Origin: a virus
Length of the DNA stretch: 64,000 nt
IMG/VR virus record: IMGVR_UViG_3300029566_000004
Direction: 5' to 3' (one strand)
Under the pieces are notes generated by a model that searched no databases, was not told the origin of the DNA, and saw only the letters and a program-made list of their open reading frames with translations. Made by a program: the position numbers and the translations under genes. Shown in pieces: positions 12,532-22,816 of this stretch. Within the stretch, counting starts at the first letter, position 1; the number at the start of each line of letters is the position of its first letter.

Positions 12532-15500
12532 ATGAGTAATATTATTACAACGGATAGTTTATATAATAATCAATTTACATAGAATTCTACATATAAAGAA
12601 TTACTAATCTTTAGAAGCAGATGGGATGCAGATAACCAACCCCGTAGTGGCACGGGCGCACTTGTTAATAATGAAGAAAAATTATTTTGGATAAAAACAA
12701 TTAAAGATTACCCATATGTAGAAATCAGTCATGGCAAACCAAATATGGAATGGGCTGATGGTACTGCTACGCCACTTGTTAATTCTAATAACATTTGTGT
12801 ATCATCCTCTGTGGCTAATAATCCGGTTGCTACAAACGCAACTGCATTGGAATGGGGATCGCAAATCCTTATTGCTAAGCCAATTGTTGCAGATACAGGT
12901 CATGTGATTGGTACAAAAAGTACAGGCATTAATATTCCAAAAGTTAATGCAATTGAAAAATTAGAAATGCGCAGTCATACTGCTAATAATTAGATAGAGT
13001 ATACTTTTGCGCATAAAACTATTAACAATCCGCCTAATTCCTCACCAATTGCAAATGCAACGGTTATTCAAGAAAGTCAAAATAATACTAGACCTAAATC
13101 TAAAATAAAATTTGGGAAAACTTATGATATATCACAAGATCAATTTGATCAATGGGGTCATTATCTATCTCAATCTACTTAGACAATAGATATGCCAAAC
13201 ATTAATGCAACGTCTCCAATAAGTGTTACTTTAAACAATGGTGACGCTTAGATATCTCATAGTCTGGCAACAATTGTTGAAACTACGCCACAATTTTCAA
13301 CTTATACTAATTCTACGAACACGAGGGTCAAACTGCCAGAATTGACATTAGAAAATAATTATAATTTAGAAGGCCCTCATACAGATGCATATGGACATGC
13401 TAATGCATAGGCGCAATTTGGTTTTGCTTTACGACATCACTTACCTTTAACCAGGAAGGCTACAGCGCATACTTATTTAAGTGATACTACTGGTAAAACT
13501 ACAGCAATAGCTAGACCAAAGCGTGACGGAGACGCAAGCAGAACTGCTCCAGAAAACCCAATTTCATCGCCTATTGATAAAATTAAAATGGCAGCAGTTA
13601 TTTATGCAGGAGATAATGATGGCAATCGTCAGTCTTGCGTATATTTAAATGATTCTACAGATACAATAATCAATATTTATTTTTTAAATAAATCATTAGC
13701 TACTAATGCTGGATTGCGCAATGCGTATTTAACTTTTACATTTCCAACAAATATTACAGTTACAGAAACTATTATGAATCAATCTTACATAGCTTCTACT
13801 GATACGCAATATCATTATTAGTTACTTAATAATCCAGATATAAATAATCCAATTAATATTTTAAAATTATCAGTGCGTTCAACAGGGATGATAAATAAGT
13901 CAGCGATTAATATATAGGTTACACCAGCTATTATTGAAGCGATTGATATCCCATGCACAACGGCTACTAATCTAGATGATAATGACCCTGATTCGAATAC
14001 CATTATAACTTGGCAAGAAGATGCAATTTTACAAACGCCAGTAATGCAATTTAATGAACAAGGTCATATTAATGATATTTTAACCAAAGGCATTGCTTTC
14101 CCACATTATACTACTCCTTATGGACGAGAAACTACATTTAGTAAGGCAATTGACTATTTAAATCGTTATTTATCACCTAATCCTCGTAATAGTGTAATTG
14201 ATTAGTATTTAACTGGCGCGTCGCCAATAATTGAAATTCCTACAAGCGATTCTCCTGGGTCTGGTGATTAGTAGATTTATAGTTCATATATTGAAGTAGT
14301 TTTATAGGCTTGTTTATTAAATAACGGAAATGGTTTAGTAACTGGCAAGTCTCTATCTTTCGCTGGCTTACAATTTTCTTTATATCAATATGATGAAACT
14401 GCAAATAAATGGCAGCCTTATGTTTGGCGCAAATCTATTTCGACAAATCAAGCTGAATTAGAGATTGGTAATAATAACAATACTTCTAATACTGGATACA
14501 TTTATTTAACTGATACTAAACAACGAATTGCTTTTGTTTTATCATAGCCTTATATAACAATAAATAATGAAATTTAGAAATATATATTAACAGGTAATAA
14601 TGTTGAATTACTATGGGATACATCAACTTATGGTTATGTTATTAATTTACCTGCGGTTAAAGATATTTCTCAAATTAATCCATATTAGTTAATTCAAATT
14701 TCATTAACTAAAGACGAAAGCTATTCTCCAAGCCCATCGCCAGATGTGCATAATGTTGAATTTAGAATTTGTGCAGCAATGAGAACTGGACTTAATACCC
14801 CACAAGGATGTAAGTTTTCTTTATATAAATCTATACAAGGAACAACTTTATACGATCGAATTGGTGCTCCTTATCAAATTAATGATATTTATATTGATGA
14901 AGCAAATTTATTAACAGATGTTAATCATTATGAATTTTATACTTCATAGATATAGACTATTGATTCCAATAGTCTTAATACTATATATGTAGGTTTGGAT
15001 ACTACAACAAATCAAACAATAAGTTTTAATTATGTAACTTGTCAATTGGCAGAAGAAATAGCTATAGGGAATAATGTTATTGCGTTTAAAAAGTTTACTC
15101 GTGGTATTAAGCCATCTATGGATCAATATGTGCTATTTGTCGTGGTAGACGAACAAGGTTATCCGCCAGTCAGACCAATTAATCCTACAGCCAGTGAATC
15201 TGAACAATCTTCTAAAAATGCAGGAATGGAAAATCGTATATCAGCTTTAGAGCAAGCCACATTACAATTAACTAATATTAGTGATTTAAAAAGTGTAAAC
15301 AATTTAATTTCACGTGTTGCTAATTTAGAAGATGAAATTAATCCTATTGAATATGACGCTGCAGTTGGGCAAATGATAGCAAAAAATCGTTTTGAGAAAA
15401 TTGATGCATAGACCAAATATTTAAATAAAAATAATTATCCAATAGATTTAGCTGATGCGTTTTCAAAATTATTAATGTGTTATACTGGATTAGTGAAAGA

Positions 15501-15645
15501 ATTAGCTGGTAAATTCTATAGCGATAATTAGAATCAATTTATAGCGACATTTGCATTGCCTCTTCTTAAAGAGAATGATAATTAGTCATATTTACCTAGC
15601 GATGATATACCTTCGTTAGATTCTAATACAGGAGGCGGTAAATAA
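12532..15645 (+). CDS. Tail fibre/spike-like structural protein (1037 codons), TAG read as sense
   Basis: ATG 12532 follows AAAGGAG. The frame joins track fragments 12745..12993, 13588..13821, 14746..14949 and 14995..15411 and ends at TAA 15643-15645 (TAATG overlap with the next gene). 19 in-frame TAG, including a tandem TAG-TAG at 14269-14274. Coiled-coil-like segment near the C terminus. Confidence 0.7.
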
Positions 15646-16133
15646 TGAATCTGAATTCAATTTTAGGCAATTTTGTTAAATTTGTACGTGGCACTCCAAC
15701 TGCATATAATAATCTTCAACAAAAAAATCCTGATACATTGTATTTTATTACTGAAGACAATGCTTCTTCGGGTAAATTATATTTGGGAAATAAATTAATA
15801 GGTGGCTCTATCACAGGAGCCACCTCTCTTTCTGAATTAGTTGATGTCTTCTTAGATAATAATTTATCGGTTAATCATATTTTAGTCTATGAAGGTAATC
15901 ATTGGGTTAATAAAGATATTCGAGATATTTTTGAGATATCTATTGGTACAATGCAAGGCGCAACTAAAGATACTGATGGTAAAATAGGTTTAGTACCTGC
16001 GCCGCAGGCCAATCAATAGGACACTTATCTTCGAGGAAATGGAACATGGGATAATCCTATAGCTACATACTCTGAACAAATTAATACTATGATTCAAGAA
16101 AAATTACAATGGTCTACCATTGAAGAAAATTAA
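15645..16133 (+). CDS. Tail fibre protein (short), one in-frame TAG
   Basis: ATG 15645 follows GGAGG. Track ORF 15645..16019 stops at TAG and continues to TAA 16131-16133. N-terminal VKFVRGT..YNNL..NPDTLYF fibre motif and YLRGNGTWDNP after the TAG. Confidence 0.65.
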
Positions 16134-16159
16134 AATAAATAAGAAAGGAATTTTTATTT

Positions 16160-17692
16160 ATGGCGACAAAATTAAATACTGCTGTAACGTTTGTACATGG
16201 TACACAAACTACATTAAATACTAAAGGTATTACCAGTGGTCAAATTTATTTTACTACTGATACTAATCGTTTGTATTGGGCAGATCCCAGCGATAGTGGA
16301 ACATTAAAATGGATTGATGGCGTGAGACGCACCAATGCATTGCCTAGCGCTCCGGGTTCATATAATCCAAGTGGTTCAATTTTAGTTGTTACACAATCTG
16401 ATGATAATGGTGCATATGATGGAGTCTATATTGCCGATGATACTAGTTGGATAAAATTAGATGCAACTACATTAAATAGTAGTATTACTACCGATAATAA
16501 TACCGCGCATATTTCTCTAACTCCTCAAGGAAAATATACTAAGGGGACAATGTTTGATATTAAAGGAGACGGCAATGTAACAATTAGCTCTGATTCAAGC
16601 ACAATTACTATTTCTGTTCCGACTCCAACTAATACGCATTTAGTTGCTAATGACCATGCTTTATCCGCGACTATAACTAATGGCGATTTATCCATTAATA
16701 TGTCTGCCTCTGATAGCGAAAATAATACAGTCAATGGTAAGATAATTATTAATGGCGGTTCAAATATTCATATTGACCAGAATGAGCTTGGCAATATCGA
16801 ACTTTCTGCAACTAATACTTAGCTTGCAGCTACCACCACCGCAGTTAATTTAACACCAGCATCTTCAACGAATGGTGTTAAAATTGTTACAACTATTTCT
16901 GATACTGCTTCTAATGCGGCTACTGGTAATTTTGAGCTTGTTGGCGCTGATGGTATTGCGATTTCCCATAATAATAATGTTATTACTTTAACAGGTGGTG
17001 CGGCAGGAGTTATTGGAAATATTAAAGATTATGTAAATTAGGCATTAGCTGATGCTCTTGGTGACTTAGACGCTATGAAGTTTAAAGGCGCAATTAGCGT
17101 AGCTGATTTTAATAATTTAAATCCTAGTACATTTGAAAGTGGTTGGGCTTATAAATTTATTACTTCTGGCACAGTAACAGGCGCTTCTGCGGATGTTGAT
17201 ATTGGTGATATGGTTATCATGTCACAAGATGCAAGGAATAATTGGATTTATAATATTATTCCTTCTGGTGATGACACTGATGTTTATTATACACCTTCTA
17301 ATGATGCTACAAATCATCAGGTTAAATTCACTGATAATACTGGCACTTTAACAGTAGCACATAAAATTATTGGTGCTAATGGTATTACTACAACTGCTTC
17401 AGTAAATGGCAAAACTTTAACTGAGACAATTAAACATGTAACAATTACACCAACCAGTACAAAAGCTACAGTTGCTAATAATTTCGTATCTACAATGACT
17501 TTTGATGACTACGGTCATCCGAGTACAGTTACATATGCACCTGCTCATGTTGCTGTAACACCTACTGCGAGCTCTTCAACTGTTAATACATTTATTAATG
17601 GTTTAACATTTGATACTTATGGTCATGTTACCGCATACACAAACGCTACTGTTGATATCGATACAAATATGTATTGGCATACACTTAGCTAA
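16160..17692 (+). CDS. Tail fibre protein (510 aa), two in-frame TAG
   Basis: ATG 16160 follows AAGAAAGGA. Track ORFs 16160..16822 and 17075..17692 share a frame and are bridged by TAG at 16820 and 17039. N-terminal VTFVHGTQTTL..GQIYFTTDT motif. Repeated TFDxYGH segments. Confidence 0.7.
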
Positions 17693-17716
17693 TTTTAAAG
17701 AAGGGAGTTGATAATA

Positions 17717-17962
17717 GTGCCAACTTCTATTATTCCAACAACGATACCTATTAAATTTATTACAACTTCAGCAGCTAATTTAAATGATATTAATATAGTG
17801 GCTGGCCAAATTATTTATACTACTGAAGGCAATATTTATTATGATCAATCAAATTTATCGCGTGTACGCATGACTATTGAACCTACTTTTACAGTTGAAA
17901 ATAATTCAACAACATTAATAATTGGAATGCCTACACATACTCCTCCAGTAGTTACCAAATAA
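17717..17962 (+). CDS. Small fibre-associated protein (81 aa)
   Basis: GTG 17717 lies 9 nt after AAGGGAG (the track starts at TTG 17708). The IKFITTSAANL..GQIIYTTEGNIYY motif is paralogous to the two fibre N termini upstream. Ends at TAA 17960. Confidence 0.55.
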   Translation: MPTSIIPTTIPIKFITTSAANLNDINIVAGQIIYTTEGNIYYDQSNLSRVRMTIEPTFTVENNSTTLIIGMPTHTPPVVTK

Positions 17963-17970
17963 ATAAAAAA

Positions 17971-17998
17971 AGGGACGTAGATAAAAATCTACGTCCCT
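17971..17998. terminator. Bidirectional rho-independent terminator between convergent late operons
   Basis: 12-bp perfect stem AGGGACGTAGAT / ATCTACGTCCCT with loop AAAA, flanked by an A-run upstream and TTATTTTATTT downstream. Confidence 0.8.
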
Positions 17999-18010
17999 TA
18001 TTTTATTTAC

Positions 18011-18406
18011 TTATTTATTCTCACGTACTTTAGCTTCAATTAAAACTTTAATATAGCTTTCTAAGTCGCCATATACTTCGTTTAAATATGTTTTAGCTTC
18101 GTCAGTCAAATTATTAAGTACTGCTGTATACGCCATGGTAAAAGCTTCTTTCTATGCTTCTGCTGTAAAGGCATTTTTACCCTTGAGCGCATCAACATAT
18201 GTCTAGTTTACAGCAATAACTGCATTGGTTACCGTGTCGGTAAGCATTGCAATATATTTCTTTGATAGCTCATTATCAGCATTTGCTGCAAGTGTTGCTG
18301 ATTTAGTTCTAATCCATTGAATTATAAATGGGACTAAAACACCTAACAAAGGAATAATACACATTTCAAAAATCTTACCCAAAAGTTCAACTATTTCTGT
18401 TGGCAT
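18011..18406 (-). CDS. Membrane protein, holin-like by position (131 aa), two in-frame TAG
   Basis: ATG 18406 follows GAGGTG. Hydrophobic N terminus (IFEMCIIPLLGVLVPFIIQWI). Track ORF 18203..18415 stops at TAG 18203; a second TAG is at 18152. True stop is TAA 18011-18013. Confidence 0.55.
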
Positions 18407-18421
18407 ATATATCACCTCAAC

Positions 18422-18913
18422 TTATTTTAAATTTGCTCGATACTTAACTTCTACTAAATTATAAAGATCGTCGCCATCATGATTTCCGTGTAATGCATTA
18501 TAAATTCGATGCTCGTTTGTAATGTGTTCAAATTCTTTTAGTGTAATTTCATGATCATTCTCTAATAAAGCACGACATTCTTCTTTAAATTGACGTCCTT
18601 GAATAGATAATATACCTTCTGTTAAAGTTGTTAAATTATTTTGATTATTTATAATCTAAGCATGAATTGCTTTATTTTCAGCGGCAACTTTATTTTCATC
18701 CTCTTGGATTATTTTTAGTATAGAACGCTAATAATCATCTAAAATTGTCTTTATATTTTCAGCAATTTCTTTATTCATTTGCTCTTGACGGTCTTCAGTC
18801 CTTTTTTTACGTTGTTTATACATAAGTGTTACACCAGTGACAATACCACTTGCAATTAAACCAAATACGAACTCAAGCCAATATTTGATGATAAATTCCC
18901 AGATAGCATTCAC
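18422..18913 (-). CDS. Membrane-anchored protein with long helical C-terminal part (lysis-module candidate), two in-frame TAG
   Basis: GTG 18913 lies 9 nt after AGGAGG. N-terminal transmembrane helix (WLEFVFGLIASGIVTGVTLM). TAG at 18728 and 18656. Ends at TAA 18422-18424. Confidence 0.55.
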
Positions 18914-18929
18914 TTAGATAATCCTCCTT

Positions 18930-18958
18930 TCTATATAATGATATTTTTTATCTGTCAA
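18930..18958 (-). promoter_or_regulatory. Sigma70-like promoter candidate upstream of the membrane-protein genes
   Basis: Minus-strand TTGACA (18953-18958), 17-nt spacer, TATAGA (18930-18935), directly upstream of the SD of the 18913 gene. Confidence 0.4.
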
Positions 18959-19007
18959 TTATTATGAAAATTATTTTAATAAAATAAAAGAATGTTGGCC
19001 TTGAAGG

Positions 19008-19481
19008 TTAAGACCAATCAAAGCCAACATTGTTCTTTACATATGCAGCACCTATACAGATAGCGTCACTTTCATCTTCAGATACTTTTTTATTATAGTG
19101 ATTTAAGACATATTGCTATGCGTTTTTTTTCTATATTCCACGCTCTTTTCCTTTAATGCCAAGTACTGAACGCCAATGCGCGCAAGTATAAATTATATAA
19201 TTTTTACCGAATAGTTCAACAGCTAATTCTTCTAATACTCCAAGAACTTTGCCTAAAATTTTATAAGTTTGTGGATCTTGCTATAACTATATATCTTCTA
19301 ATATCATAAATTCTATTTGATACTATTGGCATAACTATTGTACTGACTATCGTAAAATCTAAAGACGCGTACCCAAATGCTCATTAGTCAATTTAATAGT
19401 ACCACTTGCAATTAATTTATCTCCATCAAAAATACTATATCCTGTTACATGACTTGCCTAATCGAGTGCAAGGATTCTCAA
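19008..19481 (-). CDS. RuvC-like Holliday junction resolvase (157 aa) with nine in-frame TAG
   Basis: N terminus (M)RILALD(TAG)ASHVTGYSIFDG. Central ILEDI(TAG)L(TAG)QDPQTYKILGKVLGVL. C-terminal DESDAICIGAAY. Putative TTG start overlaps the dUTPase TGA (TTGA). Ends at TAA 19008-19010. Absent from the ORF track because TAG fragments it. Confidence 0.7.
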
Positions 19482-20020
19482 TGACTAGACCCAAAGCCCC
19501 CGATACGCTCCTTCTCGGCAACGTCATCTTCGGTCTTTATATATTTTTTAATTATTCCTTGCCCAATATAATCACCCTTTTGGATGATAATAGGAATTGG
19601 CGAGAAATTAATTAATTGGAAAAAAATTTCCCCCTCATTATCAGGATTGTTATAATAGTCAGCATCCACAATGCCGACTGCATTAGCCATTACAAGCCAA
19701 TGTTTATGAGGGAGAGAGCTACGAGCCATGATTTCAAGATATTCATCATCAGCTAACTTCACTTTCATTCCAGTAGACACTAATACAGGACGAGCATCTG
19801 CGGATTTTGTTAAGGTAGCCATTTGTGCCATGGTTAATTCAGGAGCGGCGATAGGGTTGCGATCCCATTCATGTTTCATGTCATATACCAAGCGTTCATA
19901 TGGAGGGATAATTTTCTCTTCTGCTGCTTGAAAATCATAACCGGCCGAACATTTAGTTGCCCGCGCGGGTAAAATCAAATTAGCATTATCAAAACGACTT
20001 ACAACTTCAAATTTTGCCAT
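19478..20020 (-). CDS. dut: dUTP pyrophosphatase (trimeric dUTPase)
   Basis: MAKFEVV start at 20020 after AGGAGAG (the track start 20146 is an upstream extension). Motifs SAGYDF, VGIVDADY and C-terminal GGFGSS. TGA stop. No TAG. Confidence 0.85.
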   Translation of the reverse strand: MAKFEVVSRFDNANLILPARATKCSAGYDFQAAEEKIIPPYERLVYDMKHEWDRNPIAAPELTMAQMATLTKSADARPVLVSTGMKVKLADDEYLEIMARSSLPHKHWLVMANAVGIVDADYYNNPDNEGEIFFQLINFSPIPIIIQKGDYIGQGIIKKYIKTEDDVAEKERIGGFGSSH

Positions 20021-20039
20021 AATATACTCTCCTAAATTA

Positions 20040-20297
20040 TCAAAAGTTGGGTTCATTACCATAAGAATAAGAAATAGTTGTAATACCATCAGGTTCTTTT
20101 TCATCATTGAATAAACGATTAAGTGTAACACGATACCAAGTATCAATTATTTCTCCTTTAGCTTTGCGTTCACGATATTCACAATTGTACTTAATAAGGT
20201 CACCTTTTCCATCTGCTTTTGCGGCCTCTATTAATTGTTTGGCAGCGTCTTCGTTAGGAACTCGATATATTTCTTGCGTTTTTAATAAATAATTCAT
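20040..20297 (-). CDS. Hypothetical protein (85 aa)
   Basis: Intact track ORF in operon context; RBS-like AAGGAG upstream. Confidence 0.5.
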   Translation of the reverse strand: MNYLLKTQEIYRVPNEDAAKQLIEAAKADGKGDLIKYNCEYRERKAKGEIIDTWYRVTLNRLFNDEKEPDGITTISYSYGNEPNF

Positions 20298-20306
20298 ATT
20301 AACTCC

Positions 20307-20570
20307 TTAAATAATTTCAATGTGCAGAGGAGGATGCCCTGCATAATATTCTTTACTGATGGCGAGTGCGTCACCAGCAATTTTGCTTGCTAACTCTCGA
20401 GGAGCAGCAACTACGATTGTATCACAATGATAAGTATAATAGAAAGCACAAAGTATTGTGCCGAGATCATATATCTTACTATATGCGATTAATGTTGGAT
20501 GCTCATTATTATCAACTAAATAAATAGCCTACATATTAGAACCAATTTGTACTTCAGTTGTTATTTTCAT
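20307..20570 (-). CDS. Hypothetical protein (87 aa) with one in-frame TAG
   Basis: ATG 20570 overlaps the upstream TAA (TAATG). TAG at codon 14 (20529-20531). Ends at TAA 20307-20309. Without read-through, 270 nt would be non-coding in a packed operon. Confidence 0.5.
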
Positions 20571-21094
20571 TATGCCACCCCATTTATAATACCTTGTTTG
20601 TAATCAAAGAAAACATAGCAATAAGTACCTTCATCATTTGTAATCCAGATTTCAGCCGTCCAAGTATCTTCATTTACAGTAATATCTTTAATTTCACCTA
20701 GATTTTCAATAACTTCCATAAAGATATCACTTAATTCTTCATTACTATAATCATCATGATGGAAAATAGTAATGTAACGACGTTCCCAGCATATAAGAGC
20801 CCAATAATTTTGTTCAGGCATACCCGGATCCATAGTTGCGCCAAACATACGATAAATATCTGTCTGTGCCTTGCGCAACTGTTCATCTGTCATTGGTTTT
20901 AATTGTGCAAAAATACTAGAATTTAAATCTGCTAAAGTAATTGTGAACTCACCGCCATCCAATTTTACTGGTTCCCAACTACCATTTTTACATTGATACA
21001 TTTTCTTATCTTCTTCCACAAGCGCATATTCATTTTCCATGTTCTCACGATATGGAAGAGCATCTAATATTTTTTTTGTTTTAATATTTAACAT
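20570..21094 (-). CDS. Hypothetical protein (174 aa)
   Basis: Intact track ORF; AAGGGAG upstream of the ATG. Confidence 0.55.
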   Translation of the reverse strand: MLNIKTKKILDALPYRENMENEYALVEEDKKMYQCKNGSWEPVKLDGGEFTITLADLNSSIFAQLKPMTDEQLRKAQTDIYRMFGATMDPGMPEQNYWALICWERRYITIFHHDDYSNEELSDIFMEVIENLGEIKDITVNEDTWTAEIWITNDEGTYCYVFFDYKQGIINGVA

Positions 21095-21122
21095 ATATTT
21101 ACTCCCTTACTATTCTATATAT

Positions 21123-21131
21123 ATTATACCA
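21123..21131 (-). promoter_or_regulatory. Extended -10 promoter element (TGgTATAAT) followed by ATATATAGAA
   Basis: Minus strand reads TGGTATAATATATATAGAATAG. Same -10 and downstream motif as the other early promoters; the -35 is weak. Confidence 0.35.
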
Positions 21132-21142
21132 TAAAATATTTT

Positions 21143-21604
21143 TCATTTCTACTCGTCATATACTTTAGCAGTGTTAATTAATATACGTTTTAATTGTGGA
21201 TCCATACTAAATCTATTAGCATTTTTTTCAATACTTTTTAATAGGTTACCATCTAACTGACGCTCGGAAGCAGCCTTCCAGTCGCAAAACATTTCAACAA
21301 TATCAATTAAATTCATATCATCAATACTATTATCAAAATGCTCTGGATGATGCCTATATTGAGCATAATGGTGTTGAAGCGCACCATTCATTTTTTCTAA
21401 GCATTCGCGATACTCCGGACTATCATAAGTTAATTCGGAAAGCTTAGGCGTATATTCTGTAAAGACTTCAAGCTCAGGGTTTTCGAGTTTAGCTCTATCA
21501 TGTTCAAGTCCACGAGCATATAGCTTATTAATAAATAGCTATATATACTCGCGCACTTTTTCAATATGTTTATAGGTTTCAACTTTACATTCAGCTTGTG
21601 TCAT
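21143..21604 (-). CDS. Conserved phage protein with HHY..YRHHPEHF / DWKAA motifs (DUF5662-like, tentative); two in-frame TAG
   Basis: ATG 21604. TAG at 21539-21541. Track ORF 21149..21391 ends at TAG 21149 and continues two codons to TGA 21143-21145. Confidence 0.5.
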
Positions 21605-21605
21605 A

Positions 21606-22816
21606 TTAACCACACTTACTATATCCACAGTCAATACATGTTACACAACCCATTTCATGTTTTAGATCTGCACCGCATTGAGGACATTTTTCTTCTAATA
21701 GAGTTTGAGTCTTTACTTTATGTTCATTATTAAATTTTTCCCACATTTCCATTAACGCATTTCCGATGGCGACAGGGCAGCATGAACCCGGAGATACGTC
21801 ATTCTTTGTAGCGCGGCGCACCGCATAACTAGGACAGGTTCCACTGCTCTTAAGCTGATCAACAATTTCTTCAATAGGAGTACCATTGCGCGCAGCCAGA
21901 CTAATCATACGCGAAAGTCCAATCATAAAGTTGTTGCATCCACCGGTACTTCCTTTGCTTAAATAAGTATTACGCAAATTGCCATCTTTATCAAAGAAAG
22001 CAGTTATATGTAGTGAACCACATCCAGTAGTTAAATGATGTTCCATACCTAAGCAATCAGAAGTGCCTTTCTTCGAAACTATCTTTTTAATCTTAGGTTC
22101 TTCGACCGCAGTTTCAGATTTCTTTTCTCCTGAAGTAGCGTTAAGAATAGCCGTGCGCGCACATCCAGCACGAAAGACTGTAATACCCTTTAAGCCATGC
22201 GACCATGCATTCATATAAATGTCGCGTACGTCATCAACCGTTGCTTCATTGGGAAGATTAACCGTTGATGAAATACTTGCATCTATGTGTGCCTGCCAGG
22301 TGCTTTGCATCTTGATACGATTAATGGGTTCAAGTTCAGCAGAAGTAATAAACCATTCAGGTAAGTCCGCATCATCTTTAATGCCATGGGCATCCATGTA
22401 TTCTTTAACTATTGGAGTATATACTTTGTAGGTTACGTCCTTACCATGTAAAGACTTCGTAGTACGAGTATAATAATTAGCAAAAATGGGTTCAATGCCT
22501 CCTGAAATGCCCAGCATGGTGGACAACGTGCCTGTAGGCGCAATGGTTAATAATTGACTATTATATAGACCAGCGCTTTTAAATCCGTTAATTGCTAATC
22601 CATTTGGATTGTAGTGTCGCTGAATAAAAGATGAATTTATTACTTCGGGAATATATTTAGGATATGGCGTGCCATGTTCAGCTGCCAATTTGCTGCTTGT
22701 TGCAATAGCGGTACGCGCCAATAAAGTACCAATTTCATCACTAATTGTAAGGGCTGCTTTGGAACCATAAGTAATTTGCATTTTAATCAATGCATCAGCA
22801 AGACCCATGATACCTA
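21606..22816 (-). CDS. nrdJ: Class II (B12-dependent) ribonucleotide reductase, exon 3
   Basis: Starts (L)GIMGLADALIKMQITYGS, completing the IGLG.MGLAD motif begun in exon 2. C-terminal CPQCG..CVTCIDCG zinc ribbon. TAA stop. Confidence 0.8.

Noticed and set aside
1392-16734. Antisense or off-frame ORFs inside the late genes (1392..1598, 1556..1744, 3168..3359, 9271..9498, 11437..11634, 13818..14003, 14944..15126, 15159..15416, 16525..16734)
   Set aside because: They lie wholly inside longer sense frames, have no RBS, and have low-complexity or hydrophobic shadow-like composition.
46-17962. Treating the roughly 35 + strand track ORFs (46..420, 580..852, 1021..1464 ... 17075..17692) as separate small genes
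   Set aside because: They fall into only eight reading frames. They are separated solely by TAG, mostly lack SD sites, and many begin at arbitrary TTG or internal Met codons. They are fragments of read-through genes.
18991-19031. 9-bp inverted repeat AATGTTGGC ... GCCAACATT as a terminator
   Set aside because: It has a 23-nt loop that contains the RuvC stop codon, and no U-tract. It is probably fortuitous or only weakly structured.
1-19481. Late region as a decayed or pseudogenised prophage remnant
   Set aside because: Decay would give TAA, TGA and frameshifts. I found only TAG interruptions, intact SD/start/stop architecture, and conserved motifs on both sides of the TAG codons.
20020-20146. 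Long N-terminal extensions given by the track for dUTPase (start 20146), ligA (45760), RNase H (50632), the RNA ligase (58941) and the dnaB-like gene (37711)
   Set aside because: Internal ATG codons with well-spaced SD sites and the motif-containing N termini indicate shorter genes. The extensions overlap upstream genes.
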